From Octopus bimaculoides (lineage: Eukaryota): a stretch of DNA of 39,236 bases. Positions 33,358 to 39,236 of this stretch are shown here, piece by piece. Position 1 is the first letter of the stretch, and the number at the start of each line of letters is the position of its first letter. The stretch is taken from assembly GCF_001194135.2 (NCBI RefSeq), contig NC_068984.1, positions 79,923,358 through 79,962,593 on the forward strand. The letters run 5' to 3'. The notes beneath the pieces are model-generated. The model was given only the letters and a program-made list of their open reading frames with translations, was not told the DNA's origin and did not search any database. Position numbers and translations under genes: made by a program.

Positions 33358-35344
33358 TAATCTTCTTGCAATATTTTAATTTTTGGTTTTACGTTCTTGC
33401 ATAATCCTTAGTGCTGTTTATCTGGTAGCCCTTAAATATCATTCACCTTGCAGAAACAGATATTACAAAGTCTGATAAAGCGAGTGCTTCTACTTGCAAC
33501 TGCTGTTCATGAAAATATGAAGAATGCAATTACATTGCACAGAAACAAAACCAAAAAATATGCAGAAAATTATCTCTATAAATGTTAATATGGAAACTTA
33601 TTAATTTCTTTATAAAAACTTTTAAGAAAAATTAAATAGGAAAGTGATTTATTTCATGTTATTGTTCTTTTTTATATTTCTTTTGTTAACATATTTATTC
33701 ATTTATTTTTAATGAGGAATGGATTATCACAGATGTTTCATTTGATAGATTATTGTGATTTTCAGTTGAACAATTTTCATTTTGTATCTCATTACTAACA
33801 GTGAGCCACAGCGTTCAAAGAAAAGACATTTAATTTTTAAATGGCTCACTCCACTTGACTATAAATAGGTACCAACCAAGGAGTAAATTTACAGCTTTAC
33901 CATTATTAGAAGGAGAAAATTTTTTTTAATTTAGAACTGTTTCATTAGATTGACTTGCTGTTTTCAATTCTTCTCACAAGCTTTGGAGAAGAGAAACTAG
34001 AAACCATTCTAGTACTGAGTGACAGATCAAAATACAGCTCACAGTCATTCAATGATGTCATTAACTTGAGCCATAGTTTTGATTTAGTAAGTTTGTGATG
34101 ATGTCTGATGAGTCACCATCCATTTCACATTAAACTCATCATGCACCAAGGTATTAGATTGTCATCTATGGTTCCTGAGAAGACAAACAAAATGAGTTTA
34201 TTCAAATTTTTGTTTGCTGCATCAACTCTATGTCTTTAAGTTTAGATTTCCAAATACCCATGTTTTAATCAACCCACTGTGATATTTTGATAAATTCATG
34301 TGAATCCACTTTTCTTTCAGTTTAAAGTGAGGTTGATTGTCACAGAAATTTAAGATTTTCATGCAACTTGTTTCTATAGATGTTTGGTGTAGTTCTATCT
34401 GAGAAAAACGATGGTTGTGGTAATTATTTTCCTGTTTAGCTGATTGATTAAATGGAAGACTGTGTCTGGCATATGAACAGGCACATTGCTATATTGCTGT
34501 CATGGTTTATAAATTATGATCTTTAACATGTCGTACATAGCCTTGAGTGACTAGTTTTATCAAAGACATTTAGTTCTTGCAACTACCCTGACTATTCCTT
34601 GCTGTTATTGTTATTTACAACTAGAGATGGAACGACTAGAAATCAATGGAATCATTTGGCATTTGTATATGAGATCAAAAGTAGAAACCCATATTTTATG
34701 TTTTTGGAGATCAGACCACGAATCTGAATTACAAGTTTGCCTTTATTGGATTTGTTGCAAACTGAGTAATGTTAGGGATATACTTCTTCTAAAAGGAATT
34801 CTAAGAACAAGCCTGGCATTGAGTGGAATAAATTAATGGTTATAAAAATATTATTGTATATCTGATGTAACATGGGAACCAAAAATACTGAAAAAAAGCA
34901 ATAATAATTATTTGGAAACCAGAAGTTTGCTTTGCAGTCATGGGGTCCCAGTTTCAATTCTACTTGTGGTGTCTTCAGAAAATGTCATTTTGTATAGCCT
35001 TGGATTGACCCATATCTTGTGAGTAAAATTAAGTGTATGGAAACTGTCAGATGGATTGTATCTGTACGTAAAAAGTTTGATCTTGCCATACTTCAGTGGA
35101 ATATGAACTCACAACAAAAGGAGCCAGAAGAAATATTGCAAAGCATTATTTCCAATCCCCTAACAACTTTGTCAACTCTTGAAGTATGAAACAGTTTTTA
35201 AATCTACATCCTTTTTTTATCAGGAATTGTGTTATTCTAAAGTGACAACTGCCATTTAGATCATGCTGATCATCCTTTTAATATAAAATGTTTTCTGCTG
35301 ATTGGAGTGGCTTGCTGTTTAAGCATTTTGGATGACAAGCTTAA

Positions 35345-35562
35345 CCCTTTAGCATTCAGATTACTTTGTCAAATGTGATGCTTATTCATTCCCATTACTT
35401 TGAATTAATTATGCATTATCTTGTAGCTTTGAAATTTCAATGATGTAGTTACTTATTTTTGGAATGACATTGTAGGTAGGTATGAGAGGCAGGATCTGGC
35501 TGGTTTGAACATAAAACAGGTTGAATATTTACACCTGATATGACTTGTTTAATGCAAAAGGG
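35345..35562. mobile_element. TTAA-flanked MITE, same family as 18082-18301, opposite orientation
   Basis: TTAA 35341-35344 | ccctttagcattcagattactttgtcaaatg ... gcaaaaggg | ctaa (mutated TSD). Confidence 0.82.
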
Positions 35563-35962
35563 CTAATTTGGCACTTGATTTAACCCATCTATCTGGCTCT
35601 GGACACCTTTACCTGAGTACACTTTTATCACAAACATAAGGCTTAGGTTTCTGTTCCAAGAGTAACTTTTTCCTTTACTCTTACCTATCTTGAAAGAGGA
35701 GCTAAAAGCTGCCATGAGTACTGCCCTTTCCCTTCAGACTAAATCATTACAAATAAAAACAACAAAATTATAAAAACTACCATTCTTCTCAATGCTTTAT
35801 CATCTCATCTGTTAGATCCAGTATTTTCAGATCCAAATTCCTTAAGCCACACAGCCATGTCTGGCAGCTTTACATACATACAAGCATACATAGGTCCATA
35901 CATACATGCACTGCTGGCCTTGTACCTATATATGTGTGTGTGTGTGTGTATATATAAGTGAA

Positions 35963-36278
35963 GGCGCAATGGCCCAGTGGTTAGGGCAGCGGGTTCGCAG
36001 TCGGAGGATCGCGGTTTCGATTCCCAGACCGGGCGTTGTGTGTGTTTATTGAGCAAAAACACCTAAAGCTCCACAAGGCTTTGGTAGGGGGTGGTGGTGA
36101 CCCCTGCTGTACTCTTTCACTCCAACTTTGTTTCACTCTTTCTTTCTGTTTCTTGAGTAACACTGCAATGGACTGGCATCCTTTCCAGCTGGAGGGAACG
36201 CATACGCCATAGAAACCAGGAAACTGGGCCCATGAGCCTGGCTAGGCTTTAAAAGGGTGCATAAATAAATAAATAAAT
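35963..36278 (+). mobile_element. Young tRNA-derived SINE (family D) with (TAAA)n tail
   Basis: A box TGGCCCAGTGG 35970-35980, B box GGTTTCGATTCCC 36013-36025; CpG-rich head; tail ataaataaataaataaat 36261-36278. Confidence 0.88.
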
Positions 36279-36799
36279 GAATATATATCATCATTATCAT
36301 CATCATCATCATCTTTTAATGTCTGTTTTCCATGCTGGTATGAGTTGGACGGTTTTATATATATATATATATACACAATATATATATACACACAAAGCCA
36401 GCAATTTTCTAGAAGTGGGTGTTTAGTTGATACCATTGGCCCCTATACTTAAATGATACTTTATTATATTAACCCTAGAGGAACAAAAAGCCAAGTTAAC
36501 TTCAGGTGGATATGAACTCAATACATCAAAAGCCTGAAGAAATACTGCAAAGCATTTTATCCAATCCCCTAACAACTCTGTCAGTTCTCCAAGTATGAAG
36601 CCGTCTTTAAATCCCCATCATTTTACCAGGATTTGTATTATTCTAAAGTGACAACTGCCATTTAGATTAACTATTGGACACTCTAGCTTTATCACGCTCA
36701 GCATTCAGATATTATGTTTCTGTACGAATTGTATCGTATCTCAGCATGCATGCATACACATTGTTTCAGCTATTTGTTTATGAAGCAGCAAGGAAATCA

Positions 36800-37200
36800 T
36801 TATGTGGTTGCATGGCTTGCTAAAAATAACAGCTAAATCTCCTTTAATTCACACAAAGGAAGAATGATCATTTCTTGCCGTGACTTTCAATATTGTTCTC
36901 TTTGGTCAAGACTGATCTAGAGCTGAACAACAGTAACTATTGCAAAAATCTCTATGTGGTTGCACGGCTTGCTAAAAATAACAGCTAAATCTCCTTCAAC
37001 TCACACAAAGAGAGAAAGTCAAGACTGATCTAGAACTAAACAACAGTAACTATTGCAAAAATCTCTATGTGGCTGCACAGCTTGCTAAAAATAACAGCTA
37101 AATCTCCTTCAAGTCACACAAAGGCAGAATTATTAGTTCTTGCAGTGACTTTGAACATTGCTCTGTTTGGTCAAGTTTGATCTGGAGCTGAACAGCAATC
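36800..37200 (+). repeat. Tandem triplication of a repeat fragment (periods 152 and 113 bp)
   Basis: tatgtgg(t/c)tgca..gcttgctaaaaataacagctaaatctcc starts at 36801, 36953 and 37066; the middle unit lacks ~40 bp. Confidence 0.9.
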
Positions 37201-37509
37201 TCTAATGCAACAACTTCCTTTGTATTTTCATGTGTAACCAAGGACTGTATACTCATAATAAACAGCAACAAAAGCTAATAAATAGCCATTCGTTTAACTA
37301 AATGGTGCTGACAGAGTGAATATTTTGACTTTGATGTTTGTAAATAATATTTTAACGCCTTCCTTTAAAACCATTTAATTTCATACTGTCTTCAAAACAG
37401 TAATGCACATTAATCAACTGAATACTTAGGCTGTAGTTTTAATAAAATGTCCACAAAATTATATTGTTTGACATGTTACCTATGTATTTAAAATATATAA
37501 GTCTATAAG

Positions 37510-37990
<481 letters not shown>

Positions 37991-38238
37991 GTGTGTTTAT
38001 ATATTAACAAGTGAAAAGAAAAGAAAATAAAGGAAACCAATAGGTGTATAGAGGAGTATAATGTAAAGCTACAAATCAAACTTTCTTAATTTTGAAATTA
38101 TTTGTTAAAGCATAGAAATCAAAGCGTTCACTATTTACTTTAGTGACAGTTAATATTGAAGGTTATAAGTGTTTACATGTTGACCTAAGAGCCAATATAA
38201 AGTCAGTGTTAATATATTAAATACAGTAAACACCAAAA

Positions 38239-38720
38239 CATCATCATCATCATTATCATTATTATCATCATCATCATCATTATCGTCATTTTCATCATCA
38301 GCATTATCATCATTGTCGTTGTCATCATCCTCATCTTCACCATCAACATTATCATCATCATTATTGTCATCATCATCATCATCATCATCATCAACATTAT
38401 CATCATTGCCATTTGTCATCATCATCAGCACCATCATCATCAGCAACATTATCATCAACATTATCATCCTTATTATCAAGAGTATCATCATTATCATCAT
38501 TATCATCAACACCACCATCATCATTATTATCATCATCACCATCACCATCATCGTCACCACTGCCATTGCTGACCTAATGTCTGCTTTTCCATGTTTGCAT
38601 GGGTCCGGCAGTATTTGTTGGGGCAGGTTTTTGTTATATCTGGATGCCTTTCCTGTGGCCAATCTTTACCTGTTTCTAAGTGAGGTAGTATTTCTCTTTA
38701 GCTGGACATGTTTTCCATGA
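38239..38720 (-). mobile_element. Decayed RTE-tail element with greatly expanded degenerate (ATC/ATT)n tail
   Basis: ~320 bp of ATC/ATT triplets (38239-38560), then tctgcttttccatgtttgcatggg...tggatgcctttcctgtggccaatc. Confidence 0.7.
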
Positions 38721-39018
38721 GAGACTTGAAACAAATGGCACTTTGTATAATGGTGATGCTAACAAATGTCACGTGATATCAAATCATGGAAAAATACTCA
38801 TAGATATACATATATATTTGCATATGTGGTAAATGAAAGATGGAATATATGACAATTTTTATTATTAATCCCAATTGTTTTGACAAATCTAGCATTGATC
38901 CCTCACAGGTGGGACACCTAACAACTGGTTCAGGAGTATCCAGCTGTGCAGATGTGTTTCATCGGGTGATAAATAGATACAACTCATTAAAATAACAGTT
39001 CCGCAATGTATCTTCTCA

Positions 39019-39185
39019 GGAGTGGCTGTGTGGTAAGTAGCTTGCTTACCAACCACATGGTTCCGGGTTCAGTCCCACTGCATGGCACCTTGGGCAAGTG
39101 TCTTCTACTATAGCCTCGGGCTGACCAAAGCCTTGTGAGTGGATTTGGTAGACGGAAACTGAAAGAAGCCCGTCGTATATATGTA
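39019..39185 (+). mobile_element. Young SINE family A, 5' half
   Basis: ggagtggctgtgtggtaagtagcttgcttaccaaccacatggttccgggttcagtccc...gaagcccgtcgtatat; CpGs retained. Confidence 0.9.
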
Positions 39186-39236
39186 TCATCATCATCATCG
39201 TTTAACGTCCGCTTTCCATGCTAGCATGGGTTGGAC
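39186..39236 (-). mobile_element. Young RTE-tail element (runs off the window) inserted in a SINE microsatellite
   Basis: atcatcatcatcatcgtttaacgtccgctttccatgctagcatgggttggac. Confidence 0.85.

Overview
Repeat-dense, AT-rich eukaryotic intronic/intergenic DNA from a scaffolded assembly with three sized N gaps. The repeat landscape (tRNA-derived SINEs with internal (TA)/(TG) microsatellites, RTE-type LINE tails ending in (GAT)n, TTAA MITEs) looks like octopus or another coleoid cephalopod; this is recall and inference, not verified. No host protein-coding gene can be assigned confidently: nearly all listed ORFs are microsatellite or TE artefacts, and only a few weak exon candidates exist. The recognisable coding remnants are a decayed Penelope-like element (GIY-YIG endonuclease C-terminus, ~3061-3634) and a 5'-truncated RTE-clade LINE (RT with YADD plus an in-frame PHD-type C4HC3 finger, ~4016-7103). 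The most striking structure is a type I hammerhead ribozyme with an intact catalytic core (3783-3876) just downstream of the Penelope-like ORF. Other points of interest: a DINE-1/HINE-like element, a 539-bp long-TIR element carrying octamer and CCAAT motifs, a 31-bp-stem hairpin in unique sequence, a close inverted SINE pair, a snap-back insertion in a SINE, and local duplications, one with a flipped end.
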